From NCBI RefSeq assembly GCF_009914755.1, contig NC_060932.1: a stretch of 64,000 nt of DNA, one strand, 5' to 3'. Under the pieces are notes generated by a model. It saw only the letters and a list, made by a program, of their open reading frames with translations, was not told the origin of the DNA and made no database searches. Of the stretch, positions 34,449-52,486 are shown piece by piece (the stretch's first letter is position 1; each line of letters opens with the position of its first letter). The position numbers and the translations under genes were made by a program. Source of the stretch: the human T2T-CHM13v2.0 reference genome, Homo sapiens.

Positions 34449-35465
34449 GTGGGGAAAAAACAGAGGAGAAAAACTGAAAATTCTAAAAATCAGAGTGCCT
34501 GTCCTCCACCAAAGGAATGCAGCTCCTCACCAGTAATGGAACAAAGCTGGATGGAGAATGACTTTGACAAGTTGAGAGAATAAGGCTTCAGATGATCAAA
34601 CTTCTCCGAGCTAAAGGAGGAAGTTCGAACCCATGGCAAAGAAGTTAAAAACCTTGAAAAAAGAGTAGATGAATGGCTAACTAGAATAACCAATGCAGAG
34701 AAGTCCTTAAAGGACCTGATGGAGCTGAAAACCATGGCACAAGAACTACATGATGAATGTGCAAGCTTCAGTAGCTGATTTGATCAACTGGAAGAAAGAG
34801 TATCAGTGATGGAAGATCAAATGAATGAAATCAAGCAAGAAGAGAAGTTTAGAGAAAAAAGAATAAAAAGAAATGAACAAAGCCTCCAAGAAATATGGGA
34901 ATATGTGAAAAGACCAAATCTATGTCTGATTGGTGTACCTGAAAGTGACGGGGAGAATGGAACCAAGTTGGAAAACACTCTGCAGGATATCATCCAGGAG
35001 AACTTCCCCAACCTAGCAAGGCAGGCCAGCATTCAAATTCAGGAAATACAGAGAACGCCACAAAGATACTCCTTGAGAAGAGCAACTCCAAGACACATAA
35101 TTGTCAGATTCACCAAAGTTGAAATGAAGGAAAAAATGTTAAGGGCAACCAGAGAGAAAGGTCAGGTTATCCACAAAGGGAAGCCCATCAGACTAACAGC
35201 TGATCTCTTGGTAGAAACTCTACAAGCAAGAAGAGAGTGGGGGCCAATATTCAACATTCTTAAAGAAAAGAATTTTCAACCCAGAATCTCATATCCAGCC
35301 AAATTAAACTTCATAAGTGAAGGAGAAATAAAATACTTTACAGACAAACAAATGCTGAGAGATTTTGTCACCACCAGGCCTGCCCTAGAAGAGCTCCTGA
35401 AGGAAGCACTAAACATGGAAAGGAACAACCAGTACCAGCCACTGCAAAAACATGCCAAATTGTAA
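34449..35465 (+). pseudogene. L1 ORF1 remnant
   Basis: Start is GTG; premature stops in the 5' part; the C-terminal 219 aa are open (YVKRPNL, ARREW, YPAKL). Confidence 0.93.
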
Positions 35466-35528
35466 ACACCATCAAGGCTAGGAAGAAACTGCATCAACTA
35501 ATGAGCAAAATAACCTGCTAACATCATA

Positions 35529-39643
<4,115 letters not shown>

Positions 39644-40789
39644 ACAATGAGAAAACTTTGACACAGGAAGGGGAACATCACACACCAGGGCCTGTTGTGG
39701 GGTGGGGAGAAAGGGGAGGGGGGAGGGATACCATTAGGAATATATCTAATGTAAATGACGAGTTAATGGGTGCAGCAAACAAACATGGCACATGTATACA
39801 TATGTAACAAACCTGCACGTTGTGCACATGTACCCTAAAACTTAAAGTATAATAAAAAAAATTTGATTATCAATGACACCTCAATAAACTTATAAAATTC
39901 GGTGTTAAAAGGAAATTTTTTCCAGATGCCATTATAGGTTAGTTCTGGAGACTCAAGTCTCTAAAGAGTTCTACAAAGGTTTTGCTTAGATGGAATATGA
40001 AATTTCTTTGTCTGTGTAAGTTGTAGAAAGCATTATACTGCGGAAGACAAAAACCTTGATTATATAGTAGATAGCTATAATATATAACATGCCCTCTGCT
40101 TAAATAAACAATATTTTAGGTAATATAAGTAAAAATTATACAAGGTCCTTAGTTCTAAAGCTAAAGTTTGAATGTCTGAATGTTTATTTTTAAATTTCCA
40201 GATGGTTCTAGCTTCATGTTTTACATACCATTTAAAGTCTTTGGAATTTATCAGAATTATATACAAACAACATGAAAAAATGTTTGAATCAAATAAAACC
40301 AGTTTCTGAGCTTTTGAAGTTTATGTATTTTTACTGTGTTGTGACAGGTTTTCTAGAAGGATTTGTCTTCAAGAAATCCTGTCTCATTAGTCCTGAAAAT
40401 ATTTCTGCAAAACTAAGCTTGATCTTCAAATTTCTTTAGAACTGTTTCCTAAAGTGTACCAGAGTATAAAAATCCCATGAGATGCTTACTAGAAATGGGG
40501 TATATGCAGTAAAGTATAACCTTTAAAGAGATAAGATGCACATAAGAATGTTAAGGACTCTGACAAATCCTACAGAAAGTAAATCTTCAATATTTGTTTT
40601 AAAGCATTTCCCAGTGGTATTGACTATGGATCCTATTTTTATGTTATCCTAATAACATCCATGAAACATACTTCTTGGACTATCTTCTTTACATATCTTT
40701 TTGAAAAATATTGAATTTCCACTTTTTAGACTAATATTTTCCAAAGCATAACCAACTTAAAAATTCAGGAACAAGTTTCTACATTTTTT

Positions 40790-42100
40790 TAAAGAAATTG
40801 AAAATAACTGACATTAATTCAAGAGATATAGATAGCTAAATAGAAGAATGATCATGGAAGGAATTCATTCTGATGTTAAATTAGGGCATTGCCTGTAAAT
40901 ATACCAAAGAATTTCATGGATGAATGTTTTCAAACCTTCAAAGAGCAGGTAATTCCTGTGCAATTTAACTTGTTCCAGGAATATAAAATAAAGGAAGTAT
41001 TCCAATTCTTTAAAAAAAAAAACTAATATGACATTGACTCCAAAATCTGACAAAGAAACCACAAAAAAGAAAATGATAAGCCATCTTACTCATGAATATT
41101 AATGCAAAATAGTAAATAAAATCTAGAAAATAAAATACAGCATTACATTAAAAGAATAATATGCCATGACCATGCAGGGTTTATTTTAGTTGCACGAATG
41201 CTTAACAATATTAAATCTTCTAGTACCACTGACTACAGGTGAAAGAAGAAAAGTCCTTTGTAAAAAAGGAAGAGAATAATAACTTTAGGTAAAATTATAT
41301 GCATATCTCAGACCATTTACAAACATCATTCTTGGATAAAACAATCCAAGAAATCCTGTTGAAGTCAGAAACAAGGCAGGTATGCCTAGTTTCCCCACTA
41401 TTCTTTAATATTTTCCTGGAAAAGTTATAGACAATAAAATTAGCCAAAGGAGTGTAACAATGATTATAGATATTGGGAAAGAAGGGACAATATTATCATT
41501 ATTGATAAATGATATGATTATGTATTTTTAAAATCCAAGAGAATAGGTAAAAATACTGGTAGAAAGAACAAAATAATTTAATAATGTGACTGGTCACAAA
41601 ATACGTAACATGACTAACAAAACTGTAAGCAAGAAAATCATATAAGGAAAGGTATACCCAGCATAATCACAACAAATAAATAAATTAAAACCCCAAATAA
41701 CTCCGAATAAACCTAATTAAGAAATATACAGTTCCTAAGTAAAGACTGAGATTCAAATTATTTTGTCATATTTATAGTACTTAATATTATTATCCATAAT
41801 AAGATATATACTAATAATATATGGATAATAATATATAGTATTGTTATAATACCATATGTTGTCATAAAAGATAATAATACTAAACATAATACTATATTAT
41901 TCTTTTGTCATATTTATAATATTATATATTGCTATCCAAAATAAGGTATGTACCTTACAAATATGAAAAGATAATCTTGATTAACATTTCTATTAATTGC
42001 AATCCCAGTTAGAATCCAAACATAATAATTCTGAGGTTCATCTAGAATAACGAATATGTAAAAATAGGTGATACATTTTTGTATTTTCACATTTCTACCA
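40790..42100 (+). mobile_element. Ancient L1M ORF2 fragment
   Basis: Degenerate ORF2 motifs (atgaatattaatgcaaaat, gtcagaaacaaggcaggtatgcc, aatgatatgattatgtat). Confidence 0.75.
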
Positions 42101-42119
42101 TGAATAACATGATAGAAAA

Positions 42120-42475
42120 TAACATTAGCTGAGTAACAGATTATTCTTAAAACCTCACTGGCTTGACATAATAGAAATGTATAACTCATTAAAGTCACAG
42201 TCCAATGTGGGTTTATCCAATTGTATGTGCCTCTAGTGATCTTTTAGGAATCCATGCTTCTGACATCATGTGGCTCTATCTTCCTCTAAATCCTCTGAGA
42301 CCTACCTATTAGAATTGTTTCTTAACCAGTTTGGCCTATATGCATTATACATCATCCCCAGGCCAGATCCCAGGCACAGTGTCAGTTAACTGCTCTTGGA
42401 ACTAGAAAATAAAATCTAGCTGTATACACTAGAAGAAAATGAAATATATTTTCACAAACAGAACTGTCTAGCAAC
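42120..42475 (-). mobile_element. MLT1-type LTR fragment
   Basis: tagctgagtaacag...aacctcactggcttgacataatagaa resembles the reverse MLT1 terminus. Confidence 0.55.
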
Positions 42476-42945
42476 ACTTTTATAATTAGAAACAAAAAAG
42501 CAGATTTCAAAATATATGATGTACATCACTATATCTGTCTAAAAGAAAAATTAACAATACAATTAACCAAGAAATATCAATGCGTTTTAAAACATAAATA
42601 GATTTTCTCTACTGGATTGAATAAAACTATCTTGCAAAAAGAAACAAATTGTTTTTCATGTAATGGTGTGTGGAAACATGCCTTAGCATTCATGAACAGC
42701 TGGGCTAGTTGGAGGAACTAAGTGGGTGGATTTTCAAGTAGTTCTCAGTTCTTCATACTGTTTATTAAACAAAGCTTTCCTAAAAGTTTGTGTGGGCATG
42801 GTGCTTGCATCTACATCTGGAACATAGAATGGACATGGCAGATGGAACTCAATCTGGCAAGTGTGCAGTACTGAAGACATCTTGAGAACACAAGTGTCTT
42901 TCAAAGACTATTACAATCTGTGAAAACGGATTTTATGTTGTATGA

Positions 42946-43306
<361 letters not shown>

Positions 43307-43409
43307 TAACTGTAAGTAGTTTATAGTATTTTTCTGAGAATCAATTACAATGATATATTCAGAATTACTGTTTAATATGACATATTGTGCAAAATGAGGT
43401 AAACCTTTA

Positions 43410-43750
43410 TCCTTTCCATCAACAGAGATTGCGTACCTACAGCACCTAGATGCTGTTCAAGGCACTGGGGGTGTGGTATTGATGAGAATGGCCACACTTC
43501 CTGTTTCAAAGGGCTCGCATTCTACTTGAGGGTGAATGGTGGGCAGTGGATAGAAAATAAACATACAGACAAGTAGATAAGATAATTTCAAATAGTGATA
43601 AGTGCTATGAATGACATAAAACAGGGTATTGAGCTAAAAAGAGACTGGAAGGGGGCAAGGGCTGAGTGGATTAGCTAGACTGGCATGATCTCTCTGGGAA
43701 GGCAACACTGGAGCTGAGCCCACAAAGATGAGATGGGTAAATGATACAAA
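43410..43750 (-). mobile_element. L2 fragment
   Basis: Reverse L2 3' region (aggcactgggg...gataatttcaaatagtgataagtgctatga). Confidence 0.7.
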
Positions 43751-46249
43751 GGACACTCAGCACATGTTTGCTGAATGAATCCATTTACTTATTTATTTTT
43801 TGTTTTTTCTTCAAATTCATTTTACACCATGAAGTAAAAAATAAAATGTTTTCAGCAGCTCAGCTCAAATAACTTTAAATTCATATATAAAGCTTTTACT
43901 GTATAAATGATCTAAATCAAATTATATGTTTTTACATCAGGCAGAATAGTAGCTCAGTCTGTCAGCTTTTTAATTTTTTTTAACAGACATTTTAAAAGAA
44001 CTAGGACTTTATTGTAAAGGTGTCACTTAAAAGTAGTTACAGATGTAAACGTTGTGGCTTCTGCCCTCTGACCACTCACACCATCTCTGATTTCTTTAGC
44101 ATCTTCCCTGACTCTTGTCCTCTCCAACACTATTTGTGTCATCATTGTTGGTGACTTCATCCTCATTGCTCACCCATTCGTACTAATGATGAAACCACTG
44201 TACCTGTTTCCTTATCTATAAATTTGGACTAATAGTTGATTCCTACCCAGAAGACTGATGTAAGAATAAGTTGCCATGATTTATGTGAAAATACTGTTAT
44301 CATAAAGCACTACTTATTTTTTATTATTCTTCTAGGTTTGTAGAGCCTTTTCATGTAATAGTGTCATAATTTTTAGATGGGTATGTTGTTGACATTCTTC
44401 ACAAGAAAAAAATTGCTCTTCTGGTTAATTAAATGCATATCTAAACATTACATAAAAACAATTTTCTAGCATTCCTTTAAAATGTAGCTTGTAAGAGGGT
44501 GTGGATGATAATTCTCAGAAGATTTGTGTCTCCTCAGCTAACTGTCATCACTTTGACTGGCTGTGTCTTCAATGAATGTTTCTGAAGACTTTGGTGATCA
44601 TCATTCATTTTGTGAATGTAAGTTCTTAGGTTCAGAAAGATCACAGGACAAATAAAAAAAGAAAAAAACACACACCACCTATCCTTGTGTTATGAGTATT
44701 CCAAGAGGAGAGAGTAAACTGATCAAAGAGTGCCCTGAAATATTTTTACATAATTGGCTTATGTAACTTGATTTCAGAGATAAAGCATTCCACAGGTTGA
44801 ATGATAAGAATCTTGGCTACCTTCAATAGGCCTTTTAAAGATGTTATCAGTTTAGTGTTTAATATACGGGGCAGTGCAACGTGGTCAGGTAACGTGAAGT
44901 TACTTTTGTAAAGTCTTTCCTTTTGGCAGAGTTAATGGCAACTGTATTAGGCAAAGTTAATGAATTCCTCAGTTCCACTCTCAATTATACCAGAAATTGC
45001 TGTGATTTTCCATCAAAAGCTATTTAAGGACCATTGGTGGAAGGAAGATTTTAGTACAGATAGAAAACTCTTACCCAATATGAAGCGTTGTGTCAAGACA
45101 TTAATATGGATTTTTTCAAAAACTGAGGTTCTTATTTCCTAGGAAATGGGGCTGTGTTCATTTCCATTCTTTCCAAGTGGGTGTCAATTTTGGACCTGTA
45201 AGCATAAATTCAGGCCAATTCCTGGATGTGCTGTCGGTAACGTACCTAAAATGTGTCAACAGACCCCTGGAATAGTGGTTCAGTTTCCCCAGAAGAAGCA
45301 TTCTTTTTAGGGAGAAAATTTATGTTGATGATTTTCAAATTATTGCAACTCCTCAGGCAATTTTCCAGCTGGCCAGACCCTATATACTGACTTGAGAACA
45401 AGTGCCAATTTTGGATTTTTGGCAGTCACTAGCATGACCTGGTCAACTTGAAGAGGCAGCTCAGGGAGAGATTTCAGCATCCACATTTTAACACAATTAC
45501 CAGTTTGCTTCTGGATGAAATCCAGCACTTTATTTCTAATATATGAGGCTCAATATCTCTTTAAAATCACTTTCTCCTTATGTTCTATTTATGAGAAACT
45601 GAAGAAGTTGTAAGTTAGGAAAAATCTAAAACAAAGTGTCCTTTAATTTATGAATTCTAAAAATGAAAATGTCTCTGATTGGATTGTCTAATTTTTTTTA
45701 ATGTTGGAGATTCAAATATTCTTTATTCGTGCTATTGTGTGCATGTGTATTTAGGATGTTAATATTCAATATTTAGAATATTGATGAGGATTATTCTTGC
45801 AAAATTTATAGAAAATGTGGAAAAAGTGTTAAATATCTGCTAATTAAAAAATGATCATTTATATTAAATGTTTGCATTCATTAGGTATCTGTCTTCTGTT
45901 TATAGTAGAATTAGTTTATTTACAGACTTAAAGAAGAATAATAATGATTATGTGTGTAAACCATTGAGCTGTCTATACATACTATTATAAAGGAATGATA
46001 CTATGATTTCCTGTGCTTTCTCCATATTTTAACCCTACAGGGAACCATGGTGCCTAGCTTTGAAATACACCCACATGCACACATGTGCACACACACCCAC
46101 CAGATTTTCACAGTGCATATCCAACTTCTAAGGGTGGCAAATGTTCATAAGTACAACGGTAACATGTAAGTGGGCTTGAAAAATTCAAAACTGCTGATGA
46201 ATAGCTTACTAATGTCAAAGAAAAGGGAGACATACATATCATTTGGAAG

Positions 46250-46580
46250 TGTGACCACAAACAGGTTACCTAAATTATCTAAGCCTCAGTTTCCTCATCT
46301 GCAAAATGAGGATAATAATACCCAGCCAACATTTTTGTTGCATTAAGCAAGCACAGTGCCTAGTATGTAGTAAATATTTAACAAATGGTAGCTCTTGTGA
46401 AAATCAGTATGAGCTTTGGAGTTGCATTGTCTGGGTTTGATTTCTATCACTTACTAGCTGTGTGACTATTTGGTAAATTAATGAATTGGGTTTCATTTTC
46501 TATTTAGTGTTGTTAGATAGTAAATAAGGTAAAATATATAAAGTGTTTAACCCAAATGTCAATAAATGTTGCTATTATGA
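46250..46580 (+). mobile_element. Two adjacent MIR fragments
   Basis: gcctcagtttcctcatctgcaaaatgaggataata and cacttactagctgtgtgac cores. Confidence 0.75.
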
Positions 46581-47483
46581 GTAATATAACATTACCAGTT
46601 TGAGGGCTCCCAAATGTTAGCATTGGGTAGCACCAGCTGGTTTAGTGGTTTTCAATTTGCCCCCCATGGTGCCTGATCTTGGATGAACACACACTCTCTC
46701 TCTGATTTATTTGTTTTGGGGCATGTAAAATATATTATTTTTCCACATGAATTTTCCTTTGAAGAAAGAGTTATGTTGCTAAGAGAAGTTTGAAAAACAT
46801 CCACTTGGTCCAAACTCATTACAAATGCTTAATTGAAGCTAAGGAAACTTAATAATGAAGCAGTCAGGACTGGAATTCAGGTCAGCAGAATTCTGACTCC
46901 AAGTTATATGATATTTCCACTATTTCATTCTCAGTGGCACTTTAGTTTTCATTTTAATTAAATGACTTCAGAAATTGAGACATCTGCAAAATTTTTTTGA
47001 ATTACACACTAAAGAGAAATGTTTCTGAAAATATTTTAAAAGAATTACTAAAAAAAGAGAAAAAACACATTTTTATCACTAATTCCAAGTATACATTTTA
47101 ATATGTGTGTATATTCTCCATAACAATATTCACTCACTCTCAATACATATTCATTTTCTTGCATACAGAAATGTTCAATTTTTTGTCTAAAATAAATAAT
47201 TTTTCTTACTCTATGTGGTTTTTCCCCCACATACAATACTTGTATTGCATTATTTGCATTTTTCTGTTTTATGACAATTAATTCATTCAATAACTTGTCT
47301 ATCAGCTTGCTCAGGGAGTGGCCGTGATCTTATTACATTTAGAATTTCTGTTATTGTAGTATTTGATATAATATTTGAGCAAAGTTTACCTCTTAATTTT
47401 AAATATATTTTCCTTAAAGTCTTGGATATCATTACTACTTAAGGTCACATTCTTCTAGATTTATAAAGAACATATCCTTAGAT

Positions 47484-47549
47484 AAGAACAATGCAATGCT
47501 TGTTCAATGCATTGAACAATGCATTGTTCAATGCACAAGAACAATGCAA
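47484..47549. repeat. Overlapping perfect palindromes (20 and 28 bp) between 13-bp direct repeats
   Basis: ttgttcaatgcattgaacaa (47500-47519); tgcattgaacaatgcattgttcaatgca (47508-47535); aagaacaatgcaa at 47484-47496 and 47537-47549. Confidence 0.93.
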
Positions 47550-49271
47550 AAGAACCTTCTTGATATACATAAATATTCTGAAGTAAATAGATCAAGTAAC
47601 TCAAATGGACTTACTTTGAAGAGGAGAAAAATAATATCATGACAGTTGAAAGAAATAAAATGATGGGAAGAATTTTTTGTGGCCATTCATACATAGCAAA
47701 CAGAAAAATGTGAATTAATCATATCATCTGTCTACAATATCTAATGTCTTAAAATTATTATACTGTCCCTGGGCAGAGGAATGAGGAAAAAGCAATACTT
47801 TCTTTTTTCTATTCTTCAATATTTGATGCTTTATGTAATTATAAAGACAGTTAGGAAACATGTCATTTCAATTTTACATTAATGAAATTTGATAGCATAT
47901 ATCCATCTCATAGTTGATATATTCTGACATCTATTTATTAAGATATATACTAAATTGTCAAAAAAATGGAAGGGTAGCATGTTAACAGATGCATTTTTTT
48001 TCCGTTAAAATACCAGTTTTAGTAAGTGTCTAAATATTAAAATTGTTACTCAATTAAAACTCTACTGAAGTTATGCTCTTTTTCTATTTGAACGAATTAT
48101 CGTTAATTTCTACTTCATTAATTCTGCATTTTTTATTATTTGACCAAGACTTGGATGAGGTTTATAAAAGGTTTGTGAGCAGCATAAAATAGCATCATAA
48201 TAGGAACATTAAGCCAATTTAATAGAACAAATTTGAAACAATTTGGAAGAACTCTTCTATACATAATTTTGCTTAGAAAAATTATCAGAAGATCATCAAA
48301 GTATCTTCTTTTTTTACTTTATGTATTTAGCACTGTTAAATATCCTCTGTTTCTTGAATGTCCACCTCTTCTAGTTTCTATGGTACCATCTTGCTGTCTG
48401 GCAATGTTAAAAATTCACTATCACTGCTCATGGGTAATAAATATAACCAAGCCTAAAGACTATCTTATCGAATCTTTCCTTCATCAGGTTATCTCTTCAA
48501 TGACTGATTTTGCATGCTAATTGATTTCTAGGTTGGTCTCAGAAGCTTTAATATAAAGTGCCCTACATCTGCTGCCTAGCAATCTCAGTCCTTTCTCTGC
48601 TCGTGCTCTGGCTTGTAATGGATTGATATGATACATTTCGTCTGGTTGTATTTCTTCTTTGGGGTGTTTTGCCGCCTCCATTGACTTTACTTCCTGTTTC
48701 CCAAGGTTGGCCTAATGCACTTCATGTTATTTGTTTTCCTCCTTTATGGTTCATAGTTCAGTTGCTTCTTTATGGCTGAATCCATATCAGCTTTGGTCCC
48801 CCTCCTGAGTTTTGGCCCACATTACAAAGCTCTTGCCAGATACTTTTGGATGTTTTACTCTTACCTCAAATTAGCAGGTTTTATCCACTTCTCCTTCTTC
48901 TCTGTCATTGCCAGTAACAACAGTATTACCTTTGTAATCTCTGTAGACATTCTCTTTCTTGCTCCACATTAAGGCTGTTACCAGATTGCTATTTTTGTAT
49001 TTTTTTCTCAGATAGACATTTTTTAACAGTCCTTGGTTATTTCACCTTATTCATTCATGGTTAATTCTAATTCGCCAGCTGATTCACCAGCTGAATCCTC
49101 TTGTTTCCAATCTGTTCCATATACTTCAACTAGATTACCCCTCGTAAAACACTGATTTATGCGTATCATTGTTTGGATCAAAGCTACCAATGACTATCTC
49201 TGTCCAATTGATTGGAGTTTAAACTTCTCATTCATCATTTAAAACCTCATATATTCTGGCCTCATCCTACA

Positions 49272-49671
49272 TGTGTTAGTCCATTCTTGCATTTTATATA
49301 TAAAGAAATAGCTGAGACTGGGCAATTTATAAATAAAAGAGGCTTAATTGGCCCCTGGTTCTACAGGCTGCCAGGAAGCACTGTGCTGGCATCTGCTCAG
49401 CTTCTGGTGAAGCCTCAGGGAGTTTTCAATCATGGTGGAAGGTGAATGGAGAAGCCATGGTGGGAGCAGGAGCTAGAGAGAGAGTAAGGGGGAAGGTGCC
49501 ACACATTTTTAAATGACCAAAGCTCACAAGAACTCACTCACTATTGCAAAGACAGCACCAAGCCATGAGGGATCCACCCCCACGACTCAAGCACCTTCCA
49601 CCAGGCCCCACCTTCAATACTGAGGATTACAATTCAACATGAGATTTGGGCAGGACACGCAAACCATATGA
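49272..49671 (-). mobile_element. MSTA-like ERVL-MaLR solo LTR
   Basis: tgtgttagtccattcttgcat...gagactgggcaatttata...caacatgagatttggg...aaaccatat. Confidence 0.9.
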
Positions 49672-50318
49672 CCACCTTTCCCCACTTATTTTGTAAGACT
49701 TCCTTTTCTCCAAATATAATAATTTACTTGTAATGACCAAATATGCCTTATATATTATTCTCTTGACCTTTGTACACAGGATTTGTGTCACCTAGAATGC
49801 TAATCTTAATCCTCTCCATTGATCTGAATTTGAGTCATTTTTTTAGTTCAGCTGATGTTCTTTTTCATAAAATTTTTTGATAGTGAGTCTTCTTTATTGA
49901 ACCCCTACACATCTCTTTTCATTCCTTTAGCAAAACTGCCAATGGAAAATTTCAATGTAACTTTAATATATATTTATGGGTATATATTGTTTCTTCTTAG
50001 AAATAATGTAAGCTCCTTGAAGAAAGTGTTTAGGCATTTTGTACTCTCATTGTATTAATTTGCACATATTATATAGAATTCATTTTTTGGCTTGATGTAA
50101 TAGATAACTCTATTGTTTTTTAGTCTCATATCAATTTCACGTCTTATTTCAGATCCAGGTTTTATCTGAAAAATTTATTTAAAAAATTTTAATCACTTTT
50201 TTCTGAAGTACTCCAGAATGATTTTGGAATTGGTGTTGGTGCATCCTGTCCAGGTCATGACAGGTCAGGTTTCAAAACATCTGGCCTTCCTCAATTTTTT
50301 ATTTTTAAAACCTATATT

Positions 50319-50450
50319 AGCCTTGTATAGTGTCATACACCTGTAGACCCAGCAAATCAAGAGGCTGAGGAAAGAGGATTGTTTGAGCCTAGGAGTTTGA
50401 AGCCAGCTTGGGCAATATTATGAGACTCCATTTTTTAAATTTTTAAAAAA
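50319..50450 (+). mobile_element. FLAM / Alu monomer
   Basis: gaggctgagg...gagcctaggagtttga...gggcaatattatgagac; cct(a/g)tattag on both sides. Confidence 0.8.
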
Positions 50451-50619
50451 GCGCCTGTATTAGAATTTTTTTAACTGAGAGCTCAGAAAAGTCAACTATA
50501 TGATCTATCTACAAGAAGTGATATTGTATTTTTGTCGCATTTTTAGAAATATGGTATTTAGGGTAATTCCGTCAGCTTCAATACTTTTGTAGTCTCAGGC
50601 ACATGACTTTTAGGAAGAG

Positions 50620-50945
50620 TGACAGAAGGAAGAACATAATAGAGTTAGAGGGGAGTACCCAGTATGCTGACAGGAGTCAAAGCCATATCTTTGAGAAATG
50701 ACTAAATAATTTGAGTGTGGTAGTTAGTTCTGTAGAAATATGGTACATATTTTGAAGGGCTATGCTGTGGTTGAAATGTCAACTTGGTTTGTATGGTTTT
50801 CAAAGGCAGAACCAAAAACAGTGAAAGTCAAGGAAGCATATTTTAGCTCAGTATCAAAAATCGTATTCTATTGAAGTGTCTGAATCATGCAATGGGCTGA
50901 AACATACTGTATAGATGTTCCCAGGTTGTTGGAAGTGTTTAGAAA
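50620..50945 (+). mobile_element. L3/CR1 fragment
   Basis: tattttgaagggct...gcagaacc...ttttagctcagtat...caatgggctg resembles the CR1 3' region. Confidence 0.5.
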
Positions 50946-51055
50946 ATGATTACTTCTTTATCTTTATTCATGTTTCTCTTGCACATAATTTGTTCTTATC
51001 TTATGGAACTTAACACTATCTGCCTTGCTTAATAATGTAACCAAACATGGAAAGT

Positions 51056-51057
<2 letters not shown>

Positions 51058-51091
<34 letters not shown>
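51058..51091. repeat. (TG)n microsatellite
   Basis: Direct reading. Confidence 0.95.
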
Positions 51092-51092
<1 letters not shown>

Positions 51093-52368
51093 GTCTTGGA
51101 AGTCATTCTTTCTCAGTATAAGCTGAGGCTCCTCAGGTTAAGAACCTTAGGTTATGTAATTCTTGCCAACTATCCTCAGCTATCTTGGACAAGCTAGTAA
51201 TTTGGAAAAATGGTTTTGCTAATGTTAATAATAAGTGACTTCTAGTCTACTAAATAGGAATTGAAGGATTGACAGAGAGGATACCTGTAGAGAGAGTTAT
51301 CCTTCAGTAGGAAAAGAGAGTAAGATGTTTTGCCTTCTTTACATGTAGCCAGTGAGAAGAGTTTCAAAGTTTATTTGCATCCCTGAAGTTTAGGGAACTT
51401 TTGTCTGTTTCTCAACCAAATAATTCTACAGCCAAGAGACCACAGGCAGAATACTTGCTTGACAGCAAAAACAAAGGGAAAGAAGGCTATCTTGCAAGCA
51501 AACTGCACCTTCACAGTTGGAGAAAGTATGTGTAAGTCTTCTTGTGAGTCGAGTAGACCCCTGGGAAAGAGACAATCAGGGCAATCCATGAAATGGATTT
51601 CATTCACAAAGGTTACCAAGAGAGATGAAGTCACTGGGAAGAGTAACATATCAGTGGAGGCCCAGAGGCTGAAGTTTAAGCTGCTTGAAGGAGCACAGTC
51701 ATGATGTCTGTGTCATGGAAATTGCAACTGGAGGTACCTACGGGATAACTTCAGAGAAATCCGCTAAACACTCCGGAAGGAGTCGTCTTTGAGCATACAA
51801 AACCCAAAGTACATCAATGCTATAATGATGTACTTTGATGATGAGAGCTCCAGGCAGTCACATAAGCCTGTAGATAGGGGATCATTTCCCTTGTCCTTTT
51901 TTCGCTGGGCCTCATCTTAGAAGGGTGGGATACCGTGACTTGGGAATGAGGGCGTAGCTGGCTCAATAATAACCTCTCAGTACTGCAAACTTTCCAAGCT
52001 GAGATAGTGCTGTGCTAGATGAGGGAAGAATTATATTGTCAACAGTTCTGAATTGTGATTATTACACTGACCTGGACATTTTAATTACCAAAACAAGACT
52101 GTTTTTATGAATAAACTGATGAGAGGACTATTAATTACCTAAGAACAAAAGCTATAGGAATTGTTTGATGTGTCATCAGAGGCATATAAAGAATTACCCC
52201 ACAGAATTATTTACTTACAATAAATAAGCCTGGAATCTATGGATTTATGAGGCATGCCTCTGTGAAGAACGTGATATAAACTATACAACCCTCTGGAGTA
52301 TAAAATAACAATATTTCATAATTTAATTTTTCCCTGTTGCATGTTTTCAACCTCTTTTGTTATTCTAG

Positions 52369-52486
52369 GCCAAAGGGGAATGTTTGACATAGGAAAAAAG
52401 AACCTGGGGAGATGTCTTCACTCTTCAGGGCTTGCTGTGCCTTTCAGCTGTTTATCTCCTTGAAATTATTTATAGATTATGAAAAG
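52369..52486 (+). other. Candidate spliced exon (118 nt) of an unidentified transcript
   Basis: Long polypyrimidine tract ending ttattctag| and donor AAG|gtaaga; no transcript evidence available. Confidence 0.45.

Noticed and set aside
39698-39728. G-rich tract with quadruplex potential
   Set aside because: This is a standard feature of the L1PA 3'UTR.
51000-52260. Possible ancient Gypsy-like LTR
   Set aside because: The resemblance is too weak to call without a Dfam search.
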